Source: Eukaryota sp. GEM-RC1
Lineage: Eukaryota
Reading direction: 5' to 3'
DNA: 64,000 nucleotides
Assembly (NCBI GenBank): GCA_040285855.1
Contig: JAUFOQ010000005.1
Span: forward strand, 1,674,001-1,738,000
Within the stretch, counting starts at the first letter, position 1, and the number at the start of each line of letters is the position of its first letter. A program made the translations under genes and the position numbers. Below the pieces are notes generated by a model. That model made no database searches and was not told where the DNA came from. It saw nothing but the letters and a program-made list of their open reading frames with translations. Of this stretch, positions 37,979-51,196 are shown piece after piece.

Positions 37979-40649
37979 ATGGCCACACACAGCTTCCATT
38001 TCAAACCTGATGACTTTCCATCACTCCGGGACGTTGCTTCCAGGATTTGTGAGGGTTCTGAGTCAGGTAGCTGCTTATATGGGCATTTTTGTGGTGTTTG
38101 TGGTGACAATCCGTCTAAATCCATAACTGACCTCATAAACTTATTTGGTTCACATGTCACTGTATTTGAATTGGTCTCTGTCCATTTGGAAACAGATAGC
38201 ATTGTGTTTGTATTACATTCGCATTCTCAAGGTGTCCCTATAGACGTTACCTATGTTGTCACAGTACCTGGAGAACCAGTACATTTTACTGATTTCAAAA
38301 CCTATGTCTTAGATCGCCCTAGGATTATTCCACCTTCTGGTTTATGTACCGAATTTAAGGACCAAAATTACAGCGTGTTTCCACCTTCATCACGCTCGGA
38401 GACTGTTTCATCTCCCTTTTCTTACAGGCAGAATCCAAACAGAACTTTTTTGGAGATCGACTATGAAAGTGGTATGGCTCAGACTGTTCAAAGTTTTCTT
38501 GATCACAAAACTGTTGCTGGGTGTAGAATTGCATTTGTTGTATCTGGATCAGGTACTGGTAAAACTGCTGCTCTTGCTGACGCTCTTGAGAACAATTATG
38601 GATTTTACCTCAACTTTGGTGCAGGAACTCCAGGAATCACCCCTTCATGTGAGGCCTTCAAATTGATTATAGAGCGTGGTCAATTCATGCCTTTACGTGT
38701 ACAGAATGTTGGACTTATTACGACCATTCAGATTATTTTTTTACAGCTTTTGTTTGCACATGTGGAGGTCTTCAATGAGCAAAGAAACATGGACCCCAAG
38801 TCGTGGTTTCATTTCTCTACCAGCCCTGAAGGACAACTCTCAATTGTTGAGAAATTCCTTGCTTTGATTAAAACTGATCAAGCTCCAGATTTTTCCAAGC
38901 TTTCCCCTAAAACTTCACATATTGTAGTTCTTGACGAGATGTGTAGTGTTTTGAATTGGAATGTGAACGAAATTATTAATTCTTCTGATTTTTTTCGTTG
39001 TATTAGAGCTGTTTCTTGTCCTGTGTCTTTTCGTTGTTCTTTCCTTGCTGATACTGGTTCAGAAGTTCTTGAACATTTGCCATCACATCAACAGGTAAAT
39101 CTTGCTTCTCTTGATTCTGTCAACAGGACTAAACCAGAGTTTTTCTTTTTGTACAAGTCTGTGTTACCGAAACCAACCTGGGTACGAGACATACTGCGTA
39201 CTGCGATTCAACAAAAGTTTCCAGATGTTGATTCCCAAGATGCCTTTCTCACCCAGACAGTCAATTTCCTTGAGTTGATTTTCCGTGGGTGGTTCTTTCC
39301 TATTGGTGTCTTTGTCAATCGTTTGCGCTCTTCCACTGAATCCAAGTGTTCTGATGCCATTGAGGATATTCTTTCTGAAATAGAGCAAATTGCTCGGATG
39401 AAGGTATTCCCCGAGTCTGTTAAAACGATACAAAACCTCGAGATTGCCGCTATTTGTGTCGCGTCATCCGTTCTCGGATCAAATGTGTCCAAACTTCGAT
39501 CAGTGGAGTTTGTTCAACGACGCTCTGCTAGAATTAATTCCATTATATTTGATGGAGATCTCGTTGATCATCAACCATCATCTTCTTCATCATCTCAATT
39601 TGGGTGGATTGAGTGGGTAGCAAGAGATCGTTTTTCTTTTAAGGTTGAGTTACAACAATCTCTCTTGTCGGCTTATGCTGTTTCCTATTCTATGTATAAT
39701 CTTTTGGAAGCTGAAAGAACGAATGTTTTTAAAACTCTTTCTGCAATAATTGTGGAACCTTCGTTTCGTGGCCATTTGGACAGGAGAATTATTCCATTTC
39801 TCAATGAAATCTTTACAGTTTTCCATTTCATTCATCCCTCTTTTGAAGTGGTAGGAAAAGAGAAACCAATTTCTTCCTTTCTTTACAGGCTGTGTGTTGG
39901 TGAAATTGATTTGGAAAAGAATCATATCAAGTTGCCTAATGATGAAAATCAGAAGCTTTATGAAACTGTGTTTCATTGCGAATCTCACAAATGTTCAGTA
40001 CATCATTATGATGCCAAATCTCCGAACTTCTTGTTTCCTTGTTTTGCTCTTCGATATGGCTCTTTCAGTTTTTCTAATACTGATGCTGTTGCTATTTGCC
40101 ATCCCTTAGATGACAAATATGTTCTAAGTGAACATTCTTCCTCCGAATCTCCTCCCACTCCTGATGATCAGTCTGCTACCAACATCGGTATAAGTCAATT
40201 GGGTGTCGCTATTCTGCCAATAGACCCTCAATGTCGTTTTGATTTGTTTGTTCCTTCTATTTCGTTCAATTGTTATGTTCCTGTTGAAGTTCGTACTCGG
40301 AAACAACCCAGTTATGAAGATATCTACAGCAAGTTTTATTCGCTTGAGGAAGCTTCGCATAATTTATATAGTACTGAAGCTGGTGGAAAATGTATGATTC
40401 TTGTTAACTATGCACCTCGAGACTATGTAGTGTCAACAGATGCACGACCAGAAACTACCGATTTTATGTTGCAGTTCAGTGGAGAATCACTTCATTCACT
40501 CACATGATCAACATGACATTCCTACTGATAGAGGTGCTGTTTTTGCACTTTCTCAGTCTCATGACGCTCCTTATGTTCATTTTCCCGAACCTGAGGAACC
40601 AGTACGTTCTCGACGTGCTGCTGGTGCTGGCCGTAAAAATAAAGGGTAA
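37979..40649 (+). CDS. P-loop NTPase protein, Crinkler/CR-effector-like (best-preserved copy; 842-aa ORF plus a frameshifted tail)
   Basis: Walker A IAFVVSGSGTGKT followed by ENNYGFYL, Walker B-like HIVVLDE, N-terminal CxxC region. A 5-nt deletion at ~40504 shifts the last ~48 aa. The NTPase call is firm; the Crinkler assignment is by motif recall only. Confidence 0.7.
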
Positions 40650-43600
40650 GAAAGAAATGAGGAGATTTCCCAGTATCTATGTTCTGTTTAGTTATACTTG
40701 TTTCACGTGTGTCTCTCAAACTTCTTTTATTCTCTTATATTCAATTAACCAATGATTTTGTATTAACTACTACTAAACTGTAGTTTAAAGAAGTGTAAAA
40801 ACACCCTGGTAATATTATCATCACCCTAATGCTCAAAAAAAGGTCCAATTTTCGCATTAAATCCGTGACATTTAAATATTTCATACGAAACGCCATACAC
40901 TGCATTTTCTAGAATCGATCTAAACTGAAGAATTTTTTTGCAACTAATAATGGGTTTGAAGTCAGCTGTTGGTCCTTATCACAGCAACACACATTATTAT
41001 CTAACAATTCAGATGGAAACCGACATAGGTGAAGACGAAGGTTAAATTTCCAATCCTCATTATTGAGATGAAGACCATAAGGTCTAGGCTCAAAATAATG
41101 GATGCTATTTAGATGAATTCTAAAGAATTGCATTGGGTAACAACTTTTGAAATGTAATTGAACGACTGAATGCGAGTATCAGGAAACATAATTTCAGATT
41201 GCCAAATTTAACAGCGTAAGAGATACACTGTTTATATCATATCAAGAACACAACTCTTGTCAACAATTCGTCAAGACAAATCTTGTCTTCGTTGTTGACC
41301 AAATATATAGCACATATTTCCGACAGTTGTTGTTGGTGTCATACAACAAATGTAGAATCTGAAAGCAGACTAACGGCTCGTCAAATTCTTGGCAACACTT
41401 TCACATAACACAATTTGTGTGGACTAGCTAGTGTTGTTGATGACGTCATCACTATTTTGGTGGTACCATTCTTTTTCGGACGTTCCTTCACTAACAAAGT
41501 AACCAATCTTTTCTGATTTATTTCTGTTGTATTATCAGTTGAGTTGGATTTCAGTTTCTACCAAGGAAATCAGCTGAAGTCATGAACCCTAGGAATGACT
41601 TCATTATCAGCCCAGCTCAGTTCATTATCAATCTGGGACCTGCTGAAATATATGACGGACATGTTTGTAGCCCAATGAATACTGGAATGAGAATGAATAG
41701 AACAAACGAGTTTCTCAATTTGCACGATAAGTGTTGTTTGTTTTATAGAAGATAATAGTTATACCGCTAGTCGACAGTTAATAACATCAATCTCTGATAT
41801 TTGTATTTAAATGTATTGTGGATCATCAACACTAACACACTGGAAGAAAACGAGGACTGACTGATGTCGTCATTTTTTGCAATGTACTAGTTACACATGA
41901 TTCATACAGCAAAACAAACAGATCACCAAAATAGTTCCCCATCACCAATTGTTTGTTCATGGCGGCCAACTTATTAGCACTTCTGCATGTTCTGCAATTG
42001 ACCCCATGTTTAGTTTCCGCTTAGTTGTGTTGTTAGTCTTTAATTTATTAATTCTGTCTTGGGAGTCGTTCATTTTAGTGTTGTGTAGTTATTTGATGTA
42101 CTCTGAACCAATGTGGTTTTTGGAAACAAACATGTTTACTGTCAAATCTTTCCCAACTTTGTTCTTCTGCTGCCTTCTACAGAGCAGATCTACAGTCTCT
42201 TTTTTAAACGTAGACCGGACCCCAACAGTTTCTCAATTATAATTTCAGGAAGTCGAATTTGGACTATCACAATGACTTGCAGTTTTATGACAAGTCTTCC
42301 TTTTATCTTCCACGTCTTTAGATTAAAGTGCCAGAACTTTGGCAGATGCATTGAAAGTCAATAGTACAAGGATTCATCTGTATGACAACTCTATTGAAGA
42401 CGATGGTGTTACAGCCTTGACAGAACATTGAAAGTGAATATTTCTATTATACATATTTTTTATGCTTTAAGGTTAAAAACCATATCTAAAACAATTACAA
42501 AATTTGGTCTAGATAAAAACTCTATTGCCAATGAAGGTACTGGAGCCTTAACAGATGTTTTGACACTGAGTAATAATTTCGAAGTATTATAATGAAATAA
42601 TAAAGGCAGACCCAAATTATTCATCAATTTTCCATGAGTTGATTGAACCCAACTTGTTGTGAATCTGTGAAACAATTAAATGTAGAAAATCCAGAACCAG
42701 CCAAATCACCGTACTAAATCAACTCGTAGTTTTAGTCCTGTTAGTAGTTTGTTGGCAGATTGAACGAGATTATCTGTTATGACATTTTGTTTATTATGGT
42801 CCTCATGGTCAACCACATTAGCATCTGGATTCTGACCATAATCTCCTCACTCCATTCCTTCTTTCTTCTACACTTCGGTTACAATGATGAGACATGAAAG
42901 AAGATGGCCTTCAGAATTTTGTCAAACTTAACCGAACCACCGAATCAGTAATCTTAAGCTTCACTCAGTGTTTTCTGAGAAACACACTAAATTTGTCAAA
43001 TAAGAATTGCAGGTGCTGTCCAGCGGTATAACGATAAGCCTGTTTATTATGGCAAATTAAGAAGATGAACCAAAATGTTACGTCACTAATACTAGTACAT
43101 TGTACTTGTATCATAATAGTTGATCACCATGTTAGACAATTCTGAAGATTGTAAATGTTCATCAGGATGATTACACGTTCGGATTTCATTTTTGGAGCAA
43201 TTCGTTATGGAAAGCTGAAGAAAGAAGAAACTTATAAACCAATCAGCTCTACTTCTCATTCTTATATGCTATATACACCACAAAAATACCTCCCAATACA
43301 AAACAGAGAAAGCATTTCACGCATACTACAACAAAATCGACAATAGAACAAATTGAAATTTTCAAAACAATTGTGGCTTAGAATCTCTATTAGTAAGGCT
43401 GTTACAGAGTTAGAATAAGATCAGGTTAGGATACGTCCCCACTGAGGTCACGATAACTCCGACTAGGCCTGCTCACAGTCCATGTTCTGTAGTTCAAAGA
43501 CATAAATGGAATAATTTACGGATCTACAATCTTCCGGTAGTGAGACACTCACTGTTTGCGAATTTTCAATGCTCAAGCACTTGTTTGTCTGAATGCATAT

Positions 43601-45725
43601 TTAGAATCCGGTTTTGGATGGAAAGATTTAAAAAGGTATTCGTTCACTTTTTTGAGTCCAAACATAACAAATCATTCAACAGTATTTAATTCAACAATAA
43701 AACATAACAGTTGATCCACTGGAATTACAAGTCAGGTCAAGACATCTTGATTGAAGACATAAAATTTGTTCCGTAGATCACGATACAATTTTCAAAAGAC
43801 ATCAAAGAAACTTTCAGCAGCACTTCCAATATTACAAAGAATTGATATATCAAAAGGAATGAATTTAAAAGAAGAATACAAATCGGAATTCAGTTTCTTT
43901 ATTGTGTCAGAATCAGTACCAATCTTTCTAGTTTCATCTTTGGATATAATTATCGGATTCACTCGAAACTGAATTCAAATATCACACTTTTGCACAAGGA
44001 TCAACAGTAGTAAAATCTATCACTGCTTGACAAGAATCATGATATGGATCAATGAGATCACCTCGTCGAGGATTGGTAATATTATCATCACCCTAATGCT
44101 CAAAAAGAGGTCCAATTTTCGCATCGTGGTCTCTTCCATTTGTATTCTCCATCGCTAGTTCTTTCATCTTCCCTCTTCCCTTGTCCACACTTCTAATTGG
44201 TATAGTATAGTTTGCAATGTACTGTAGTTTCTTACAATCAGTCCTGGCCTCAATGTACGTGTCTTTATTTTCCTACTGTACTTTCGTCAAAGAAGTTCAT
44301 ATTCTCAATCAATGTTTGCTGTTAGTTGTGTTCTAACTTATTCTGAGTCACGTACATGCTCTTCATTTGCCCCAACCTAGATATTCTTTAAGATTATTCC
44401 AAAGAAGTTCTTCGATGTTTACATACCTTTCATTATTACAACTCGTCCTTTATCTTGTAGTTGCTGTTGCAGTTTCTTATGTATCAGTTTTTGTTCTTGG
44501 GATGGGACAAATTTGTTATTTTAGTGTGTTCTTTTATGAAAATTCTCAGTAGTGTTGTTGATGACGTCATCACTATTTTGGTGGTACCATTCTTTTTCGG
44601 ACGTACCTTCACTAACAAAGTAACCAATCTTTTCTGATTTATTTCTGTTGTATTATCAGTTGAGTTGGATTTCAGTTCTACCAAGGAAGTCAGCTGAAGT
44701 CATGAAGCCTAGGAATGACTTCATTATCAGCCCAGCTCAGTTCATTATCAATCTGGGACCTGCTGAAATATATGACGGACATGTTTGTAGCCCAATGAAT
44801 ACTGGAATGAGAATGAAAAGAACAAACGAGTTTCTCAATTTGCACGATAAGTGTTGTTTGTTTTATAGAAGATAATAGTTATACCGCTAGTCGACAGTTA
44901 ATAACATCAATCTCTGATATTTGTATTTAAATGTATTGTGGATCATCAACACTAACACACTGGAAGAAAACGAGGACTGACTGATGTCGTCATTTTTTGT
45001 AATGTTCTAGTTACACATGATTCATACAGCAAAACAAACAGATCACCAAAATAGTTCCCCATCACCAATTGCTTGTTCATGGCGGCCAACTTATTAGCAC
45101 TTCTGCATGTTCTGCAATTGGCCCCATGTTTAGTTTCCGCTTAGTTGTGTTGTTAGTCTTTAATTTATAAATTCTGTCTTGGGAGTCGTTCATTTCAGTG
45201 TTGTGTAGTTATTTGATGTAGTCTGAACCAATGTGCTTTTTGGAAACAAACATGTTTACTGTCAAATCTTTCCCAACTTTGTTCTTCTGCTGCCTTCTAC
45301 AGAGCAGATCTACAGTCTCTTTTTTTAAACGTAGACCGGACCCCAACAGTTTCTCAATTATAATTTCAGGAAGTCGAATTTGGAATATCACAATGACTTG
45401 CAGTTTTATGACAAGTCTTCCTTTTATCTTCCACGTCTTTAGATTAAAGTGCCAGAACTTTGGCAGATGCATTGAAAGTCAATAGTACAAGGATTCATCT
45501 GTATGACAACTCTATTGAAGACGATGGTGTTACAGCCTTGACAGAACATTGAAAGTGAATACTTCTATTATACATATTTTTTATGCTTTAAGGTCAAAAA
45601 CCATATCTAAAACAATTACAAAATTTGGTCTAGATAAGAACTCTATTGCCAATGAAGGTACTGGAGCCTTAACAGGTGTTTTGAAACTGAGTAATAATTT
45701 CGAAGTATTATAATTAAATAATAAA

Positions 45726-48353
45726 GCTTAGCTTGGTCAAGATGAAAGAAGATAATGGGGAAAGAGTTAGGGTAGCAAGAATTGCATACAACTCCTTCTG
45801 AATGGTAGGCCAATTCTTTTGGCTGCCTGTGAACTTCTTGCTATAAAAGCAGAGGGGTCTGGTCTTTCTTTCGATAAGGGGGGTTCCAGCCGGGCAGTCA
45901 ATTTGTTCCCAAATAATCCCGGAAAGCCCTACTTCGGAGGCGTCGGTGGAAATCAAAATGGTAGCCTTAGCGTCAGGCAGGTTCAAGGGTATATTGATGG
46001 AGTTTAGCTTTTAGATTTCTTTGATGCACGTTTCGGTTTCAGCGGTCCAGATGATTTTCTTTGTTTTCCTTAACAGGTTGGAAATTGGTTCTAGGACGGA
46101 AGCAAGGTTGGGAATCCAGTCTCTAATAAAATTGATAGACCCAACGAAACTTCGAACTGAGACAATTGAACAGCTCCATTGAGCTTTCTTCACGTCGTCG
46201 GGGTGAAGTTTAACTTGCCAAAAGGCCTTGGGTAAGTCAAGAGTGGCTATATATCTAGCTGTTGACAAGACTATTTGACCGGCGATTTTGGGCAACTCGG
46301 CATCTAGAGTAAGAGAAAGATCATTGATTCCATTCTTGCCACTGAAATCACCGGTCAGTCTAGGGGCTTTGTCAGCGTAGGTCACCAAGCAGATGGGAGA
46401 GGACCAATTCGTTTCGTTTGGGATGGTGAAGTTTTTTTTAAGTAGGTCATCAAATTCTTTGTTAGCAATCTCTAATTTCTCAGTGCTAAGGTTCCTAGAG
46501 GGTCGGCTAACGATTCGGGGTTCGTCGGCAAATGGGATTCTCATAGGCTCGCAGTCAATTCCATCAGGATGTGGCAAATCATTAAAGACGTCATTGAATT
46601 CAGCGAGGAGGTCAATTAAAGCTTATTTCTCAACGGGGGGAAGCTCGATTCTGGTTTTCTTCTGTTCGAGTTGTTGTTTAAATGAAGAAATTGAAGAATT
46701 AGTATTAGTAGCAAACACTTCAGGAGGAGCAGTCATAAACTGGTCAAAGGCAGTTTCAGCAGAGATAAATCTTAGATGTTCTTCATCGAGTTTAATATAA
46801 ACACCGTTGGCATTCATCAGACCCAGTTTGGTCAGAATGTCACAACCAATTAAAAGCTGGTTGTGGTCAGGTAGAATAGGTAAGGTGGACTTCAGGTGGA
46901 CCTTCTTAGCTGGGCCCTCGAAAAGGAAGGTGAGGTAACCACAAGCAAGTCCGGGGGAGTAAATCATGGACTGGTTAGCAAGGAAGATGGGAATTTGTTT
47001 TTCTGAAATTTCCATGTTGGCGGCTGAGGCAATATCTTGGGTGATACAAGAAGTCTTGGCGGCAGTATCAATAGTACCCATAGTTGGTACTCTATTGATT
47101 GTAAGATTGATTTTTAGGAAATCATTTTTGTTGGAAAGTTTGGACGTAGAAGGGGCTGAAGTTAGATGAGTGGATACTGCATTTACAGAATTACTCTGTG
47201 AATTATCAATCCCAAAGTCTCCGGGGAGACAGAGGGGAATGTGATCCACGAATTCTGGAGCAGGTAAAGAAGTATCTACTGCGTTGACTTGACGTTGGTT
47301 AGAGGAGCGGGTATTAGGTCGACGATTGATGGTGGGTTCTCTAGAATTTCTGCGATGGATAGGCTGACTTCGTGGCTGGTCTCTTGGAACGCTTCGTGGG
47401 AGATTTTAACGAGCAGGGGGTCTAGGGGAGCGATTTTGTTGAGCAGGGTATTGAGGAGTGGATAAAGGGCGGTGAAATCGACTCGCACGGTAGCTGGGAT
47501 CTGGACAGTCGGCTTTGACATGTCCAGGTTCCTTGCAGTAAGCGCAAGTGAGGTGAGAAGAGGGGGAGTGAAAGGGTCTAGAGGAGCGAGGTTGAGTTCT
47601 GGGTTGTCGGTTTGATGTTCGATTGGGAGCTGGTTGCTGAGGACGGGGTTCTTCAAGGGAATAAGAGAGTTGCATAGCTGCGAAAAGTTGACGAGTGAGG
47701 TTTATGATTTCATCAAGAGAAGTAATTCTCCCATTTTTAAACGAGGAGAAAACACGGGACGAGACGTAGGAGGGAGTGATGCCTTTGATGAAAGAATTAG
47801 AGTAAATCCAAGCAAGGAGTTGTTCGTTGTCTTCTTCCGCTTCAGGGCAGAGAAGAGGAATGGCGGATAAAAGGCGGGGGCTAATAAAGCGTCGGACAAC
47901 AGGGATGAGAGGGTTCATCTCTGGCGGGACAGAGACTTCGGATGGGTCAGTGCAGAACTGCAGCATAGGAGAGCGAACAATTCTGGAGGGAGGGGCGGGA
48001 CCTCCACTTGGTACAACTTCGTTACCTTCATCTTCAGATTCGGTAGCAGCCTCAAACTCTTCAGCTTCAGCGACAGCAGGGCGGGACAATGCTTCAGAAG
48101 CCTGGAGAGCAGCAGCGTAAGCTTGGAGATCCTCAAAGAACTTACATGACTCGAGACGGGAGGTTCCGTTCAGGAGTGGAGCTGAGAGTGAGTTGGTAGA
48201 ATGGGGATTGCGCACAGTAATTACTGTTGGTCTTTGTGCACTATAACGATACATACTTGTTAGAGGAGAACCTTTATAAGGAAAGAACCTCTATAGATGT
48301 AAGGGGGAAGATAAAAACCTAATATGAAATTACACAAATCTACAACTACAACA
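45726..48353 (-). mobile_element. Truncated, internally deleted Ty3/Gypsy element C related to element B
   Basis: gag 47406-48254 with CAYCKEPGHVKADC, protease IDTAAK, RT HPDGIDC..PRLTGDFSG..LDLPKAFWQ with the YxDD region deleted, RNase H STDAS..QKELYAI. No integrase or 3' LTR. Confidence 0.9.
48258..48353 (-). repeat. Putative 96-bp 5' LTR of element C
   Basis: TGTTG...TAACA lies between the interrupted RLE frame (VEPLL) and the gag ATG 3 nt downstream. There is no second copy to confirm it. Confidence 0.6.
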
Positions 48354-48960
48354 TTAGAAGTGGTTCAACAAATGATTTAATTTTGTAAGATTTACACATA
48401 ACATGTGTTTGGTCTCTTACAGCATCATGCATACATGTTCGATAAGTGATGTAGCGATTACAACTTAACAAGTGAGAAAACGTTAATTGTTTTCCGCAGC
48501 TACATTGAAGATCATTTGGCAAATTGTATGGCCATAGATAGCAACGACTTCGCATCGTAGGGATCCATTGATGATCGTTTAATAATAAACCATACACTTG
48601 GGGAATTTGATTAATTAATGCCACCGCAGAACTCTCCTTTAAATCAATTAAAAAATTAGCGAAAGCTGGTGTTTTTACTTAGCCGAGCTAAAACGAACTG
48701 TCAAATGTAAGCTTTCAAACTATTTTAATAAATGGTTTTGGAGCTTTTTTAAAGCAAATTTTTAAAGACAAAATGCTTCGACATGGAATTTCTTTGATAT
48801 CAACAGGAAAGCAAGATGATCATAACTCAGGAGAATGATTTCCTATTTCACCACGGAGATGATTAAGATAAAAGCTGCTAGTACTTTCAAGAAGAGAAGT
48901 TCTTGATGGATATCGATTACAAAACTCAATACAAAATGCTTTCCAAAACCAATGAATGCT
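48354..48960 (-). mobile_element. Decayed RLE-type non-LTR retrotransposon fragment, interrupted by element C
   Basis: PAFANFLIDLKESSAVALINQIPQVYGLLLNDHQW..MRSR..CSCG...HLLSC...MHDAVRD...FVEPLL, colinear with 12010-12745. Confidence 0.8.
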
Positions 48961-49418
48961 GCTTCAGTCCACCATTTAGATGATGTACACCGTTATTGAT
49001 TTTTATTTTTTGGAGGTTGGCTGATGAACAAGTAAATGAGCTGTGGATTATTTGGTAAATCTGTTATAATAAAGTGAGAAACATTGGTTGAGATTTTGAT
49101 TCGTCGATTACAACTGAACCAGCAGAAGTATCAACAACCGCGTGTACCGATTTGTGATCAGTAGAAAGGGAAGCAAGGGAATACGAATGCAAGATACAAA
49201 ACTGTACGTGTTAGTCAGAAAAGTCAGGATATATTCTCGCTATTACTTTGAAATGTTTGAATACTTCGGAGGAGGACAATGAACGATATGTACAGTCTAA
49301 TTATTTCCAGACAAACAACACAAAACACAAATATATCATTCTGAGATCCAGTTGCCCTTTACAAAACCATAACAATACTGTCAAAGCTCAAGAATACTTA
49401 TTTGACAGCTATGTAGAA

Positions 49419-49724
49419 TAGTGATAGGAAAAGACTCTACTCAACTACACTTTCATATAGATTTGATCTGAATTTCACATATTATTGATAGGATAATAAA
49501 ATCCACACTGATTCTGTCCAAAATTAACACTATAAAAAAGCAAGAAAATTAGAATTAGTGTGGACCACACTAATTAAAATCCACACTAATTCTTTATCCA
49601 CACTAAATACACAAATTGCTGTACTACGAGTTATTCGAGTAGAGTATAACTAGTACTACTCGAGTAGTCTTCATACTCACTTTTCTGAAGTGTGAGTATA
49701 TACTCGAATATTTTCCCATCTCTA
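49419..49724. mobile_element. Non-autonomous hAT-type element
   Basis: Imperfect TIR TAGTGATAGGAAAA / TTTTCCCATCTCTA, 8-bp TSD ATGTAGAA (49411-49418, 49725-49732), internal TACTCGA and CCACACTAA repeats. Confidence 0.8.
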
Positions 49725-50209
49725 ATGTAGAAAGCGTAATACCGGAAAATTGTGTGACCCATACTTAATGACTAAATCTGCATAGTTCGAGAAAAAACAA
49801 TTGTAAGTAGAACAACAGTCAGCGGTCTACAATTAACTATAGACAAAAATATTTGTACATTTGTATTCAAAAACAGACAATCATTAAGATGAATAATATA
49901 AAACCAATAAATTAAATAAATATAGAAATGAAAATAGTGAAAATGGTTAAAACCACATACAGAAGTCGAAAATCAAAAATACTTGAAATGAAATAAAACT
50001 TTTTCGGAATACAAGAGCAACAATTTCCCCAAAAAAACGTTTACACTATAATTGTAAACCAATTCGAATTGATCATGAAATTATTCAACAAGTGAAATTA
50101 ATCATCATCATACCAAGAAAAGCTGAAATAATATACATGGAGAAAACCAATCAACCCACTCCAATTAATTCAATTTTTCACATAATCAAACTCAAAAAGT
50201 GCAAATAAT

Positions 50210-51196
50210 TCAAAAACAAAACCCTCCATGAGACTCCATCAGCTGTAATTGCTTCTGCAGAACTTCAATCAAATTCCTAGTTTCTTTTAAAAATTTGTCC
50301 TGATCATCCACAACATCTTCTTTTGAGAAATTTAAAATCTCCTTGGGTTCCTTAAAATCCAAATCAAACATACTCTTCATTGACCTAAACTCCCGCCTAA
50401 ACGCATCAACCGAAAGAACTCTCACCACTTCCCCATCAAATGAAGTTTTCTGATTAACAACAGTCTCCTCCAAAATATCTTCCGGTTCAATTATTTCAAA
50501 ATATTTCAAAATGTCATGTTCAGCACAGAATACATTACACTCCGTTACCAACCGTCGATCGTACTTTCTCAGCTCCTTAGCTTCATTAACAACTCTCCAA
50601 TACACCTGCCGCTCCTTCTCTCTCTTTGCTGCCTTCACTGCAGCAATTCTCTTAGCTGCATCTTTAGAGGCTGACCTGGGAGTAATCTGCTGGGGACGGT
50701 TTTCCAATGGAGTGGAAAAGGTTGGACACGTAGGAGTTTTAGATCTGGTAGGGGATCTAGTTTTGAAAGAGGGAAGGGGTGTACTGGGTGAGTATTTCTT
50801 ACTTCTACGTGGACGGATGTCTCCAAGAACTGTTATACCCAGATCATGAGCGGTGGTCAGGGCTTCTTGAACAGTTTGTTGTTTCTTTGGGATTGGTCTG
50901 GAGGCTATTTTGACACGTTGTGGTGAAGGAGAGCGGTAGGGAGAGACTTTGGAGATGACAGAATTAACAACATTCTGGAGGATAGCATCTTTAGAGATAG
51001 TGGAGGAATATCTAGGATTTTGAGATCGCAAAGGGGTCAATGGAGAGGGAGGGGAAGTGGGTTCTAAAACTTTGGGTGAATGTGGTGGTGAAGAGTATGT
51101 GTATTGAGAAGGTGAACAACTAACTTTGAGTTGTGATTTGGTATTTTGAAGAAAAGAACTCCAGGATTCATGATCGAAAGAGGACTCCTGTGACAT
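50210..51196 (-). CDS. Hypothetical host protein, Ser/Pro-rich N-half and coiled-coil C-half
   Basis: Clean 328-aa ATG-started ORF with many SP/TP motifs; no family recognised. Confidence 0.8.
   Translation of the reverse strand: MSQESSFDHESWSSFLQNTKSQLKVSCSPSQYTYSSPPHSPKVLEPTSPPSPLTPLRSQNPRYSSTISKDAILQNVVNSVISKVSPYRSPSPQRVKIASRPIPKKQQTVQEALTTAHDLGITVLGDIRPRRSKKYSPSTPLPSFKTRSPTRSKTPTCPTFSTPLENRPQQITPRSASKDAAKRIAAVKAAKREKERQVYWRVVNEAKELRKYDRRLVTECNVFCAEHDILKYFEIIEPEDILEETVVNQKTSFDGEVVRVLSVDAFRREFRSMKSMFDLDFKEPKEILNFSKEDVVDDQDKFLKETRNLIEVLQKQLQLMESHGGFCF

Larger units (their letters stand above)
779..45725. repeat. Mosaic segmental amplification of an ~8-kb unit (NTPase gene, decayed RLE element, LRR pseudogene, spacers), inverted between ~16630 and ~40806
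   Basis: The same blocks recur near-identically, e.g. the LRR block at ~2240, 10230, 18200, 34290, 42115 and 45230, and the NTPase gene 4 times. The ORF track repeats the same peptides on both strands. Confidence 0.95.

Noticed and set aside
35600..40800. Giant cargo transposon carrying the transposase plus the NTPase (IS21/Tn7-like pairing)
   Set aside because: The transposase lies in its own 1.65-kb TIR-bounded element, which is absent from the sister copy at ~8676. Only weak end matches and no TSD surround the larger block.
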